Shown here one piece after another: positions 36,639-46,577 of a stretch of DNA of 64,000 nucleotides; position 1 is the stretch's first letter; each line of letters starts with the position of its first letter. The notes under the pieces were generated by a model. That model made no database searches. It was not told the DNA's origin and saw only the letters and a program-made list of their open reading frames with translations. A program made the position numbers and the translations under genes. Source of the stretch: an uncultured Nitrososphaerota archaeon (GTDB lineage Archaea; Thermoproteota; Nitrososphaeria; Nitrososphaerales; Gagatemarchaeaceae); the NCBI GenBank assembly GCA_963838925.1, contig CAWISW010000003.1, positions 224,001 through 288,000 on the forward strand, read 5' to 3'.

Positions 36639-37263
36639 ACTGGGCACCCTTGCGCAACGCAATCCTTGCCGCGGCCCGCTGGTCTCTCGTGGCACCAATC
36701 GCCCCTCGTTTGCCCGCGGACGTCCCCGACTCGTCGACCACCTCGATGGACGCGGAAGAAGGCAGCCTCTCGCGCAACGAGCGCGCAAGATGTTGGCTGG
36801 ACTTGGGCTCGCCGTCCCCAACCTTGACCGAGAACGACGAGCAAGGCACCTCCTTCGCCAGCGCGACCACTAGGTCGACCGATTTTTCCACTGAGTTCTC
36901 GGTCAGCGCGCCGAGTTCCCTTCCGCCGTAGAACACCGCCAAGCCTATCCTCGTGCCCGGGTCTATTCCGACCAGCACGTTTCTTCTCGACTCCTCGAGG
37001 AGCTTGGAGAGCAGCTGACCCTCCATTATCATGGAGTCCTCGCTTAGGTCCTCGATTGCGACCGCGCCGCCCCCGAACGACGCCGCCTCCCTCTTGGAGG
37101 TGAGCACCAGGTCTCTGGTGGGATTCACGGCTTCCCCGGGCGAGAGGCTGGTAAACCGAAGATGGGTCCTCTTCAACCTAGAGACGATGTGGTAGTACGC
37201 GTTCCCATCGTCCGTGGCGACCTTAATAATCCTCATGAGATGTTCGTGAGTCGGAAAAGGCAA
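36625..37263 (-). CDS. RNase H-fold (YqgF-like) domain protein
   Basis: VGIDPGTRIGLA, KVGDG, VDESGTS and DQRAAARIA. Confidence 0.7.
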   Translation of the reverse strand: MPFPTHEHLMRIIKVATDDGNAYYHIVSRLKRTHLRFTSLSPGEAVNPTRDLVLTSKREAASFGGGAVAIEDLSEDSMIMEGQLLSKLLEESRRNVLVGIDPGTRIGLAVFYGGRELGALTENSVEKSVDLVVALAKEVPCSSFSVKVGDGEPKSSQHLARSLRERLPSSASIEVVDESGTSAGKRGAIGATRDQRAAARIALRKGAQFNGS

Positions 37264-37272
37264 ACCGAGCTT

Positions 37273-37860
37273 ATGAGCATTCCCACGAAGGAACAGACGA
37301 GCAGGTTCCTAGCCCCCCTGAGAGGCACAATCGCTATTCTGCTGCTTCACGACATGCAAACGAAGACGCTGCTGAGCAGCTTCCTGATGACGTGCGCCCG
37401 CCTGCAGTCGATGGACACGACCATACTAGACTCCGACGCTTTCTACTGCACCAACATTGGCAGCTTCGCCGACGACGCACAGTCCGTTTCGAAAGGCGAG
37501 ATGCTTCTCCTTCCAGAGGAGGGCTTCGAGGTGAGCTCCCTGCTCCCCTTGCTCTCTTCCAAGAGGGAGCTGATCATCATCGACGACCTGAACTCCCTTT
37601 ATTCCCTCGCGACCGACGGCCTAAGGTCGCACCAGCTCACGATTCTCATGAGGCTCCTATCGCACAACGCCAAGGTGAATGGGTCTTGGGTGATCGCAAC
37701 AGCCTACAGGACGGAGCTGGCCCAGAAGCGCTCCGAGAAGAGCCAGCGTTCGTTGACGGCCCTCGGCGACCTGCTCATCGAAACCGAGCTTCAGGCTGGT
37801 TCGGTCAAGCTCAAAGCAAGCTTCAAGGACCATTGGCCGGACGGGGAATTCGGTCTATGA
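37273..37860 (+). CDS. Hypothetical protein (possibly degenerate RecA/KaiC-like fold)
   Basis: ILDSDAFY and LIIIDDLNSLY (Walker B-like) without a clear Walker A. Confidence 0.55.
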   Translation: MSIPTKEQTSRFLAPLRGTIAILLLHDMQTKTLLSSFLMTCARLQSMDTTILDSDAFYCTNIGSFADDAQSVSKGEMLLLPEEGFEVSSLLPLLSSKRELIIIDDLNSLYSLATDGLRSHQLTILMRLLSHNAKVNGSWVIATAYRTELAQKRSEKSQRSLTALGDLLIETELQAGSVKLKASFKDHWPDGEFGL

Positions 37861-37870
37861 GTGCGACTGC

Positions 37871-38239
37871 TTACTTTGCGAAGTAGACGTACATCTCGAT
37901 GTAGATGGCGCCCGCAATCATAAGTACCCCGAGCGTCAGGAAGAACCCGACCAACCTGGGCTTCACCGTCTGCCTTCCGCTGAGATACGACAAGTAGAGC
38001 CCACCGAACCCCAGCAACAGCGCCATCGAATTGATGACGGTCTCGGCAATCGTTTGCCCATCCCTGCCTGGGTAGATGATGTAGCTCTGGTCCACCGGGC
38101 TGGCCAGCGCACTGACTATGCCCGCAGACATTACGATGATGCCTGCAATGTAGACCACCTCGATCCAGTTGTCCCTGACGGAAGCAGACAGACCGGTCCG
38201 CTCGGCGCCCTTTCCTAGCCTGTCACGGACTCCGGACAT
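37871..38239 (-). CDS. Three-TM protein, possible OST3/OST6-like
   Basis: TM-loop IIYPGRDGQTIAE-TM-TM pattern. Confidence 0.5.
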   Translation of the reverse strand: MSGVRDRLGKGAERTGLSASVRDNWIEVVYIAGIIVMSAGIVSALASPVDQSYIIYPGRDGQTIAETVINSMALLLGFGGLYLSYLSGRQTVKPRLVGFFLTLGVLMIAGAIYIEMYVYFAK

Positions 38240-38357
38240 TCGAGACTCTAGCCACTGTCTGATCAAAGCCGAAGACCCCTTAGTTCCTCCATCACGAGCA
38301 CTTCCTTACCCGCCGGCCAGCATTTTCATTGCCCTTAACTCTTTTCAATGCTTCCCC

Positions 38358-40523
38358 TCAAGTCTCCTTGGTTCCTGTCCGGCCGCTCTTACCATTCCTT
38401 TGCAAATTTTGCATCGAGTAGACGTTCACCTTCCGTGGGCAGCGTTCGTTGACGCACAACCTCCAGGGGCGCCTGCCCAGCCACGCGTATACCACGGGCC
38501 ACCCGCAGCTGGAACACGGTTTGGAGGTCGCCTTGATAGTCCCCCTTTGGGGAAGGGGCGCGGACGCCCTGCACCCCTTGGAGTAGTTCGTGCAACCGAC
38601 GAACCTCTTTCCCGACTTCCGGGAGCGGATCACCAGAAGCTTCCCCTCCTTGCACACAGGGCACTTCCCCAAGACCGTCTGAGCGCGGGCCTTCTCCGAG
38701 ACCGCGCCTCGCATGCTGCCCGCAATCTCGCCCTCGTGCAGTCTCACTTCGCTGAGTTGCGTCATGAGCGTCGACAGCATGCGCTCGAAGTAGTCTGCGC
38801 CTGTTTCGCCCGAGGCCTCGATCCTTTCAAGCTGGTTCTCGACGTCGCGAGTCAAGGCGGTGGAAACAATCTGGGGGCAGTGGTCGAGCATCGCATCGAT
38901 TAGAGCGAACGCCAGCTCGGTGGGGGTCAAGGTCTCACCGGAGACGTATCCTCTGGCGAAGAGGGTCGAGATTATGTCGGCGCGAGTCGCCTTCGTGCCC
39001 ACCCCCTCCCTTTCCATCTCCTCGAGAAGGGTCGCTTGGTTAAAGCGCGCCGGACGGCTTCTCATGTGCTCCTCGACAGTGACCTTGTCCAAGGTGAGAT
39101 GGTCGCCCTCTCGGAGGGAGGCGGCCGCCCCAGAGGCGCCGTCCGCCGGACCTCCTCCGACCTCGAACTTGGTCCAGCCTGGGACCACCATCCTCGTCTC
39201 CTCCATGGCGAACTTGTGTTCGCCTACTGAGACCTCCACGGAACGCGTCTCGCGGACGGCATCCTCGCCGAAGCACGAGAGGAATCGCCGCACGACGAGG
39301 TCGAATATCTTCCTCTCCTCGGGAGCCAGAGGCCTCCTCGCCGATTCGCCCGTCGGATAGATTGAGGGGTGGGCCGGGTCGCTGTTCTGCCCCTCCGTGG
39401 GATGGAGGGCGCCTCGCGAGACGAGCTCGCCCGCTATGCCCGAGTATCCTGGAATCGTAGCAATCTTTGAGAGGAGCTTGCTGTAGTCGAGCTTGGGCAG
39501 CTTCTGGCTCCCTGTCCGTGGGTAGGAGATCATCGCTCCAAGGTACAGCCTCTCAGCGACCTGCAACGTCTTGCTCGGGGCGTAACCGAAGAGCCTGAAG
39601 GCCTCCTTCTGGAGGTCGGACAGGTTGAGAGGAGGTGGAGGACGCTGGTTGAATGTCCTCCGGGCGACCGAGGACACCGCGCCCTCTCGCCCTTCGCACG
39701 CGCCCCTGACCTCCTCGGCTGCGCGCTCGGTCGTCACAGGGGAAGCGCATTTGGCTTCGAATTGGACTCCGTCCTTCCTGAAGAGCCCTCTCACTGTCCA
39801 ATACGGAGCAGGGACAAACGTCCTGATGTCAGCCTCCCTCTCGACGACGAAGTTCAGAGTAGGCCCCTGCACTCGGCCGATGCTGACGGTCCTGAAGCTG
39901 AAGCCCGTCCTCAGCGACTCTGAGAGGGCCCTCGAGAGGTTCACGCCCCAGACGAAGTCAATGGCGTGCCTCAGCCTGCCCGCCTTCGCTTGGCCGTCCA
40001 TCTGACCTAGCCGACCCTCCGTGAACGCGTTGACAACCTCTTCCTTGGTGAGCGAGGAGAACCTAGCCCTTGACGCCGAGGCCTCCTTCCCCCCGCACGC
40101 GTACCTCAGGACGTTGAAGCCGATTGTCTCTCCTTCGACGTCAAAGTCGCATGCATTGACGAACGCGCTAGCGTGGTCGGAGAGGCTCCGAATCGCTCGG
40201 ATGCGGTTCGCGACGAGCTTCGCCGCCTTGTCGCTTATGGCTCCGAGCGGGTACCACTCGAGGTCTAGCGCCGGATAGACCCTTCTGTCCTTCACCGTGT
40301 CCGATATCCCGTAGAGGTGTCCCATGGCCGCGCAGACGACGTACTTCTTGCCGTCCGCGCCTTCAAGCCGGAAGACGGGAACGCCAGCCTCCCTGAAGAC
40401 CTCTGGATTCCCTGAGGAGAGGGCCTTGGCGACCCTCCTCGCAGCGTCTGGCTTCTCGCATATGACGAGGGTGTATCCGCCGATGCCGGCGCCGCCTCTC
40501 TTGGAGGAAGGGTAGGGGCTCAA
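38358..40523 (-). CDS. topA: DNA topoisomerase type IA
   Basis: ICEKPDAA, GHL, DFDVEGE, SIGRVQGP, ISYPRT, GTKATR and C-terminal Zn ribbons. Confidence 0.95.
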   Translation of the reverse strand: MSPYPSSKRGGAGIGGYTLVICEKPDAARRVAKALSSGNPEVFREAGVPVFRLEGADGKKYVVCAAMGHLYGISDTVKDRRVYPALDLEWYPLGAISDKAAKLVANRIRAIRSLSDHASAFVNACDFDVEGETIGFNVLRYACGGKEASASRARFSSLTKEEVVNAFTEGRLGQMDGQAKAGRLRHAIDFVWGVNLSRALSESLRTGFSFRTVSIGRVQGPTLNFVVEREADIRTFVPAPYWTVRGLFRKDGVQFEAKCASPVTTERAAEEVRGACEGREGAVSSVARRTFNQRPPPPLNLSDLQKEAFRLFGYAPSKTLQVAERLYLGAMISYPRTGSQKLPKLDYSKLLSKIATIPGYSGIAGELVSRGALHPTEGQNSDPAHPSIYPTGESARRPLAPEERKIFDLVVRRFLSCFGEDAVRETRSVEVSVGEHKFAMEETRMVVPGWTKFEVGGGPADGASGAAASLREGDHLTLDKVTVEEHMRSRPARFNQATLLEEMEREGVGTKATRADIISTLFARGYVSGETLTPTELAFALIDAMLDHCPQIVSTALTRDVENQLERIEASGETGADYFERMLSTLMTQLSEVRLHEGEIAGSMRGAVSEKARAQTVLGKCPVCKEGKLLVIRSRKSGKRFVGCTNYSKGCRASAPLPQRGTIKATSKPCSSCGWPVVYAWLGRRPWRLCVNERCPRKVNVYSMQNLQRNGKSGRTGTKET

Positions 40524-40560
40524 TGCAATCCTTTTAAGACCAACCGCGAACCTGACGTCC

Positions 40561-40737
40561 GTGACCTACGAGCTTGTCTGTTCCAAGTGCGGTTACGCAA
40601 TCTACTCCGGATTCGATTTGAGGTCCCCCAACGACATCTTGAAGCCCTCCGGGTACAAGTGCAAGAAGTGCGGAGCCAAGCTGACCCCTGAAAGCTTCAA
40701 AGTCGAAGTAATGAAACTCGAAGGAAGATTCACCTAG
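40561..40737 (+). CDS. Small zinc-ribbon protein (58 aa, not in ORF track)
   Basis: MTYELVCSKCGYAIYSGFDLRSPNDILKPSGYKCKKCGAKL...; two CxxC motifs, divergent from topA. Confidence 0.75.
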   Translation: MTYELVCSKCGYAIYSGFDLRSPNDILKPSGYKCKKCGAKLTPESFKVEVMKLEGRFT

Positions 40738-41497
40738 AGCGGTATCCAAGGCTGCGCATGTAGACGCACTGCTCGGGGTCTACCGCGAAGCTCGACATGC
40801 TGTACCTTCTCCCCGCGCTCGTGGTCAACCCGCGCACCAGAACGATGGGGACAGACTCGTTCGCCTCCCCCATGACGATCTGAGCGCCTGAGCAAAGGTC
40901 GTCTGCCACAGCCTGACTCGTGACCTTCAACACGTTTCCGAAGAGGTCGGGCTTCCCCCGAAGGTCCACAATCGCCTCCATCCCCGCCGCCGCCAGAGCT
41001 ACTCCCACGGTTCCCTTACGCGTGGGCATGAGCCTGCTGTCTGACACCACGACGCCTATCTCGACTCCCCGACGGAACCTCATCTCTTCGACGAGCGCCG
41101 TCGCCGACTCTATGGGGTTGCGAGGGTAAAGGACGACCTTGCCGTGCTCGATGTTTGACTTGTCGATCCCCGCGTTCGGGGTCAAGAGCCCCTCCTTCAA
41201 GGTGAGCATGAAACCGCTCACCCCGCCCACCACGTCGTCGGATTCCCTGATGACCAGCTCGCACAACTCGGGAGAGATGCTCAGCCGCTTCGAGGCCGAA
41301 AGCGCTTGTTCGGAAGGGACGACGGTCCCGAGGTCGACCACGCGGCCCTCGGACACCGCGATGAACTTGCTCGAAACCACCAAGATGTCGCCATCGCGCA
41401 GCTGCGGGCCGACGAGCCTGTCCACAAGGTCTCCGAGGCTGAAGGGGGCGCTCTTCCTAGGGGTCCTTATCGGCACGAAGGTGATCGCGGCGCTCAA
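40730..41497 (-). CDS. cofE: Coenzyme F420-0:L-glutamate ligase
   Basis: GDILVVSSK, NAGIDKSN, DLRGKPDLFG and GEANESVP. Confidence 0.9.
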   Translation of the reverse strand: MSAAITFVPIRTPRKSAPFSLGDLVDRLVGPQLRDGDILVVSSKFIAVSEGRVVDLGTVVPSEQALSASKRLSISPELCELVIRESDDVVGGVSGFMLTLKEGLLTPNAGIDKSNIEHGKVVLYPRNPIESATALVEEMRFRRGVEIGVVVSDSRLMPTRKGTVGVALAAAGMEAIVDLRGKPDLFGNVLKVTSQAVADDLCSGAQIVMGEANESVPIVLVRGLTTSAGRRYSMSSFAVDPEQCVYMRSLGYRSR

Positions 41498-41549
41498 TCA
41501 AACTCCTCTTAAACAAGGACGAGGGGGCCTCCTATTATACGAAGCGCGC

Positions 41550-42671
41550 ATGGCTACGTCCAAAGCTATGAAGCACACGCCCCTCTATGAGTTCCACCGC
41601 ACACACGGCAAGATGGTGGAGTTCGCTGGTTACGAGATGCCAATCTGGTATTCGAGCACAGTGGAAGAGCACATGGCCGTGAGGAACCGCGCAGGGATAT
41701 TCGACGTCTCGCACATGGGCAGGGTAGACGTGACAGGCCCTGACGCCGGGAAATTCATTGAGGGCCTCTTTCCCACGGCCATCGGCAAGCAGCCCAACGG
41801 GAAATCCGTCTACACCCTATTGCTCAACAAGGACGCTGGGATAGTCGACGACCTCATAGTCCTCAAGATGGCCGAGGACAGCTACCTGGTGGTGGTGAAC
41901 GCGGCATGCAAAGCCAAGGACTTGGAGCACATGCAGACGAGCGGGGAAGGGCTCACCTTTAGGATGGACGACATCACGGACGGCACCACCATGATCGCGG
42001 TGCAAGGCCCCTCCGCTGTCGATGCCCTGCAGCCGCTGACTCCCCTCCCTCTGGCGGAGATGAAGAGGTTCACACACGCTCTTTCGACCGTGATGGGAAT
42101 CCGAACAGTAATCACCCGCACCGGATACACGGGCGAGGACGGATTCGAGATAATCGTCTACGACGCGTCGTCAGGCGCGATGGCCATCTGGGAGGCCCTG
42201 GCAAAGGCGGCGACTCCCTGCGCCCTCGGGGCCAGAGACTCTCTGAGGCTTGAAGCCGGCCTGCCGCTCTATGGCTCGGACATGGACGAGGCCACGAATC
42301 CATTGGAGGCGGACCTTGGTTGGGTGGTCTCGAAGGACAAGCAATCATACGTGGGATGGCCCAAGCTGGCGGCTCTGATGCAGCAAGGCCCCTCCAAGGT
42401 CAGGCGGGGAATCGTCATGGACGAGAGGATCCCTCGCCGTGACTTCAAGATCACAGACCAAGCGGGATCGGAGATAGGGGTGGTCACGAGCGGCAGCTTC
42501 TCTCCCGTACTGAAGCGGGGGATCGCGATGGGGTACGTCAGGACCCCCTCCCCCATGCCGGGCGACACGGTCAAGGTGGTCGTGAGGGACGCCCCCAGCA
42601 CAGGGAAGATCACGAAGTTCCCCCTATACGACGACTCGCTGTTCGGATGGAAACGAAAACCGCACCAGTAA
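41550..42671 (+). CDS. gcvT: Glycine cleavage T protein
   Basis: FAGYEMP, FDVSHMG, TRTGYTGEDGFE and GARDSLRLEAG. Confidence 0.96.
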   Translation: MATSKAMKHTPLYEFHRTHGKMVEFAGYEMPIWYSSTVEEHMAVRNRAGIFDVSHMGRVDVTGPDAGKFIEGLFPTAIGKQPNGKSVYTLLLNKDAGIVDDLIVLKMAEDSYLVVVNAACKAKDLEHMQTSGEGLTFRMDDITDGTTMIAVQGPSAVDALQPLTPLPLAEMKRFTHALSTVMGIRTVITRTGYTGEDGFEIIVYDASSGAMAIWEALAKAATPCALGARDSLRLEAGLPLYGSDMDEATNPLEADLGWVVSKDKQSYVGWPKLAALMQQGPSKVRRGIVMDERIPRRDFKITDQAGSEIGVVTSGSFSPVLKRGIAMGYVRTPSPMPGDTVKVVVRDAPSTGKITKFPLYDDSLFGWKRKPHQ

Positions 42672-42704
42672 TAGTAAATAGATTGCTCGCAAGACCCCGA
42701 GTGT

Positions 42705-43127
42705 TTGAGCAATCCCTCGTCTTACCAGGTCCCCGACGGACTTCTTTACACGAAGGAGCACGAGTGGGCCAGGGTGACGGGCGGCACGGCGAAGATAGGG
42801 ATAACCGACTACGCTTCGAAGACGCTGAACGACATAGTCTACCTGACGCTCCCTTCGGCCGGTCAGGCGGTAAAGCAGCTCGGCTCGTTCGGAACCGTCG
42901 AGTCAATCAAGGCCGTCTCCGAGCTCTACTCGCCGCTCTCGGGCACCGTACTGAGCACGAACCAGGAACTCTCCAGCCACCCCGAGCTGATCAACAAGTC
43001 GCCCTACGATGCAGGCTGGATTATCGAGCTGAAGCCCTCCAACCTGGAAGCAGAGAAGAAGACCCTCCTATCGCCGAAGCAGTACGAAGAGTTCCTAAAG
43101 TCGTTAGACGCCGAGCACGGGACCTAG
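42705..43127 (+). CDS. gcvH: Glycine cleavage H protein
   Basis: YTKEHEW, GITDYA and VESIKAVSELYSP (lipoyl Lys). Confidence 0.96.
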   Translation: MSNPSSYQVPDGLLYTKEHEWARVTGGTAKIGITDYASKTLNDIVYLTLPSAGQAVKQLGSFGTVESIKAVSELYSPLSGTVLSTNQELSSHPELINKSPYDAGWIIELKPSNLEAEKKTLLSPKQYEEFLKSLDAEHGT

Positions 43128-43239
43128 GCCCATGATTCGGGGAAGCGCCTTTCTCCGGATTGGGTGAACCCTGCTCGCAAAGTTCGCCAAGCCCAATTCG
43201 AAAAACTCTTAAATGGTCTGAGGGCGCTGTCGAACAAGT

Positions 43240-45519
43240 TTGAGCGGCATTCTAAGTAACTTGCTACGCGGCGCTATTCGGCGCCCCACCGTCACCAGAC
43301 GTAGCATGATTACTGGGCTGGTATTGGTCAGCGTCTTTGTCATCGCAATCCTGATGCGAATCTTCCCAGCCAAGTACGGCTTCTACCTTAACGAGTTCGA
43401 CCCCTACTACGACTACAAGGCGGCGAACTTCATAGTCACGTCCTTCGACCAGAGCTGGAACGCGGGCACGGGCGGCATCCCGGGGCTCATGCACTACTTC
43501 TCTTGGATTGACTACACGACCTGGTTCCCCGAGGGGAGGGCCGTGGCAGCGACCTCACAGGACGGGCTCCAGTTCGCGGGCGCTCTCTCGTTCATCTTCT
43601 TCAGGAACGTGTTCGGGCTCCAACTGAACCTCTACAACTACCTCATCCTCTTCCCAGTGTTCGTCGGCGCTCTGACCTGCCTCGTCTTCTACCTCCTCGT
43701 CAAGCGCATCGCTGGCGAGGTCGGGGGCCTCTTCGCCGCCCTCATGGTGGCGGTCTCTCCACCCCTCATCGAGAGAGGCAACCTCGGCTGGTTCAAGTCA
43801 GAGCCCCTGGCGATATTCCTCTTCGCGTGCGCGGCCTACCTCTTCCTTACCCTACTCGACAGCCCGCTGAGCACGAAGCAGAAGGTCTTCCGCGGCGTCT
43901 TCGCAGGTCTCTTGGCAGGCTACGCGAACACGGCATGGGGAGGCGGATTGTACTTCACGATCGCGTTCGGCTTGTTCTTCGTGATAATGCCGTTCCTCAA
44001 CTTCGACGTCCCCAACCTGTCGGTCGTCGCCCTCCTGTTCGCGGCGGGTGACATCTTCGGCAGCGCCATCTTCCCCAGACCAGGGACTGCAATCGTCACG
44101 AACCCCGCGGGCTTCGCCCTGCTCGGCGGAACCGTGTTCCTAGTAGTGGCGCAGTGGATGAGGACGTGGGTAAAGCCTGCTGAATACAGGTGGACAATGG
44201 TCAAGGTACTGCTGGGCTTCGGACTCATCGGCCTTGCCGTCTTGAGCTTCGGGCTCCTCTCGACGGTAAGCCGAAGATACCTCTCCGCAATCCTTCCCTG
44301 GGTGAGAAGCGGCGACCCGCTAGTCGAGTCGGTCGCCGAGCACTTCATCCCCACGGGAGGAGACTACTTCTCGTCATACCTGGTGCTGCTCTTCTTGGGC
44401 ATCTTCGGAGCATATGTCGCGTTCAGGCGTAAGAGCCCCGCGATCGGGTTCGCCCTGGTCATAGGGCTCTCGAGCCTCTACATCTCGGCGGCGTTCTCGC
44501 GCCTGCTGGTCTACTCCTCGATCGCCCTCGCCATCCTCGGCGGGATAGGCTTCGCGGAGGTGCTGTTCGCGATACTAAAGCCGAACGCGCCGACGCTCAT
44601 CAAGAGGAAGCCGACCTACTCCCAGCAGAGCGAGATGCGCGCGGTGTACTCGATAGCGCTGATTGCGCTGCTGGCATTCCCAGCGAGCATATTCTGGATT
44701 CCCAACCCCGTCCAGTGCACCGGCTCTAGCCTTCTCTGCGACCAGAGCCCGGCGGACTACGGAGTGACGATAGCGAACGGCGGGACAGTCTTCTCGCACG
44801 CCCAGATCACCGACTGGTTCCAAGCCCTCAACTGGATTCACGATAACACCCCCACGAACGCGGTGATTATCGCCTGGTGGGACTATGGGTACTGGATCAA
44901 CGTAATGGGCAACAGGACCGTTGTCGCCGACAACGCCACGCTCAACGAGACTAGGATAGCGGAGATCGGGCAGATGTTCTTCCAGAACGAGACGGCGGGG
45001 GCAGCGACAGCGCTCAGCATGGGCCACGGCCGACCCACCTACGTCCTGATGTTCCTCACCGGCAGCGAGGTCTCGATCAACGGCGTGAGCTACTACGTCC
45101 TGCAGCTCCCCGCGGGGTCGTCCGGATTCACCCCGGGTGGTGGCGACGAGAGCAAGAAGCAGTGGTTCATACGCATCGCAGGGCTCAACGAGACCGAGTT
45201 CCTCCAGCCGCAGCCTGACGACTTCAACCTCACACCGACAGGACTGACCAATAGCGTCTTCGGGCTGATGCTGCCTTTCACGTTCGCGGGGTACTACGAC
45301 ACCTCCAACTCCTCAGCGACAGTAACGCAGACCTATTCGCTAGACGCCAACACGGGCGCTCCGCCTCTCCAGCTCTTCACTTCCCCGTACGCGTTCCAAC
45401 TGACTGGAGGGACTGCCCCGTTCCAAGTGGTCTTCCACTCGTCCAGCTTGGACAACCCGCTTTCGTGCGCGAGCGGGGTAAGCTGCTTCTCGACAGTCCT
45501 GATCTACAAGGTTTCTTAG
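43240..45519 (+). CDS. aglB: Oligosaccharyltransferase AglB (STT3)
   Basis: EFDPYY, SVAEH, WWDYG and DNAT motifs; many TM helices. Confidence 0.95.
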   Translation: MSGILSNLLRGAIRRPTVTRRSMITGLVLVSVFVIAILMRIFPAKYGFYLNEFDPYYDYKAANFIVTSFDQSWNAGTGGIPGLMHYFSWIDYTTWFPEGRAVAATSQDGLQFAGALSFIFFRNVFGLQLNLYNYLILFPVFVGALTCLVFYLLVKRIAGEVGGLFAALMVAVSPPLIERGNLGWFKSEPLAIFLFACAAYLFLTLLDSPLSTKQKVFRGVFAGLLAGYANTAWGGGLYFTIAFGLFFVIMPFLNFDVPNLSVVALLFAAGDIFGSAIFPRPGTAIVTNPAGFALLGGTVFLVVAQWMRTWVKPAEYRWTMVKVLLGFGLIGLAVLSFGLLSTVSRRYLSAILPWVRSGDPLVESVAEHFIPTGGDYFSSYLVLLFLGIFGAYVAFRRKSPAIGFALVIGLSSLYISAAFSRLLVYSSIALAILGGIGFAEVLFAILKPNAPTLIKRKPTYSQQSEMRAVYSIALIALLAFPASIFWIPNPVQCTGSSLLCDQSPADYGVTIANGGTVFSHAQITDWFQALNWIHDNTPTNAVIIAWWDYGYWINVMGNRTVVADNATLNETRIAEIGQMFFQNETAGAATALSMGHGRPTYVLMFLTGSEVSINGVSYYVLQLPAGSSGFTPGGGDESKKQWFIRIAGLNETEFLQPQPDDFNLTPTGLTNSVFGLMLPFTFAGYYDTSNSSATVTQTYSLDANTGAPPLQLFTSPYAFQLTGGTAPFQVVFHSSSLDNPLSCASGVSCFSTVLIYKVS

Positions 45520-45545
45520 ACTGAGCAGCCTAAACTAGGCTTTCG

Positions 45546-45722
45546 CTAGGGGTTCTGCGGCGCAGCAGTCTCGTACGCGAGCGGGCTTCTGTATCTGGCA
45601 TACTTGTCGTCAGGAGAGTACTTCGCGGGCGCGGCCAATGCCGTCGCCTCCCCGCATGCCGAGCACTTGCCCTCCATCGTGTACTTCGAGCACTTTGGGC
45701 ACCTGAAGAGAAGGTTCTTCAT
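45546..45722 (-). CDS. nop10: H/ACA RNP protein Nop10
   Basis: RCPKCSKYTM...CSACG...PAKYSPDDKYARYR. Confidence 0.92.
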   Translation of the reverse strand: MKNLLFRCPKCSKYTMEGKCSACGEATALAAPAKYSPDDKYARYRSPLAYETAAPQNP

Positions 45723-45727
45723 TCCAT

Positions 45728-46528
45728 CTAGGCCCCGCCGCCGTACTTGCGCGACATCTCCTTCTTGCTGGTGAAGCTTCCGTGCTTGCCTATGGACTCC
45801 TCCATCTTCAGGAGCACCGCTGCCATGACCTTGTCGGCCTGCTTGTAATCGTCCGCCGTGACCCTGACCCTGTACCGGGGCGCCCCCACGTAGGTCATCT
45901 TGATTTCGGCCGCGGTCGAAGCGCCCGTACCCGCTGCGAGCGCCTTCTTGATCTGGAGTATCCCGTCCGCAGCGTTCGAGCTCATCTCTACTATGCTCCC
46001 GACCTCGTACTTCGGCGAAGCTATCTTCTCTCTGGCAGCCGTGACCATCTCGTTCACGAGGTCTGCGGGGAGGTCCATTGACGCGAAGGTCTTCTCGCCC
46101 TTCTTCGCCGCGTCCTCTAGCGCGTCGTAGAGGGTGCCGTGCTCGCCGAGCAGCTTGGAGATGAGTTCGGAGAACTGCTTGTCGTCCATCGCGAGCTTCT
46201 TCTTCACCATCGAGAGTATCGTCATGGCCTTCTCCTTTTGCTTCCACTCAATCAGCTTGTTCCGCCGCTCCTCGTTCGTGACCTGCCTGAGCGACAGGTC
46301 GACCTCCCTCCTCGACTTTTCGGCCCTCACGACCTTGAGGACCAGCTTCTGTCCCACCTTGGCCACCCTGTCTATGTTCCTGACCCAACCGGTGGAGATT
46401 TCAGAGATGTGGAGGAAGCCGTTCATCCCGTTGTACTCGTCCAGGTCGACGTAGATGCCGTGGGAGGTGATCTCCCTAACGGTGCAGAGGACTATGTCTC
46501 CTCTCTCGGGAAGCGCGCTGCTCTCCAA
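45728..46528 (-). CDS. Translation initiation factor aIF2 alpha
   Basis: S1 domain (LDEY...HISEISTGW) and YVGAPRYR; canonical L44e-S27e-aIF2a-nop10 order. Confidence 0.95.
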   Translation of the reverse strand: MESSALPERGDIVLCTVREITSHGIYVDLDEYNGMNGFLHISEISTGWVRNIDRVAKVGQKLVLKVVRAEKSRREVDLSLRQVTNEERRNKLIEWKQKEKAMTILSMVKKKLAMDDKQFSELISKLLGEHGTLYDALEDAAKKGEKTFASMDLPADLVNEMVTAAREKIASPKYEVGSIVEMSSNAADGILQIKKALAAGTGASTAAEIKMTYVGAPRYRVRVTADDYKQADKVMAAVLLKMEESIGKHGSFTSKKEMSRKYGGGA

Positions 46529-46577
46529 AACGATATTCTCCTCTCGTTCGACTTTGCCGAGAAGGCTGGTTATTAAT

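Noticed and set aside
40534-40749. 71-aa minus-strand ORF
   Set aside because: Shadow of the + strand Zn-ribbon gene.
45723-46247. Long N-terminal extension of Nop10 (233-aa ORF)
   Set aside because: Alternative frame within aIF2 alpha; Nop10 has its own ATG at 45722.
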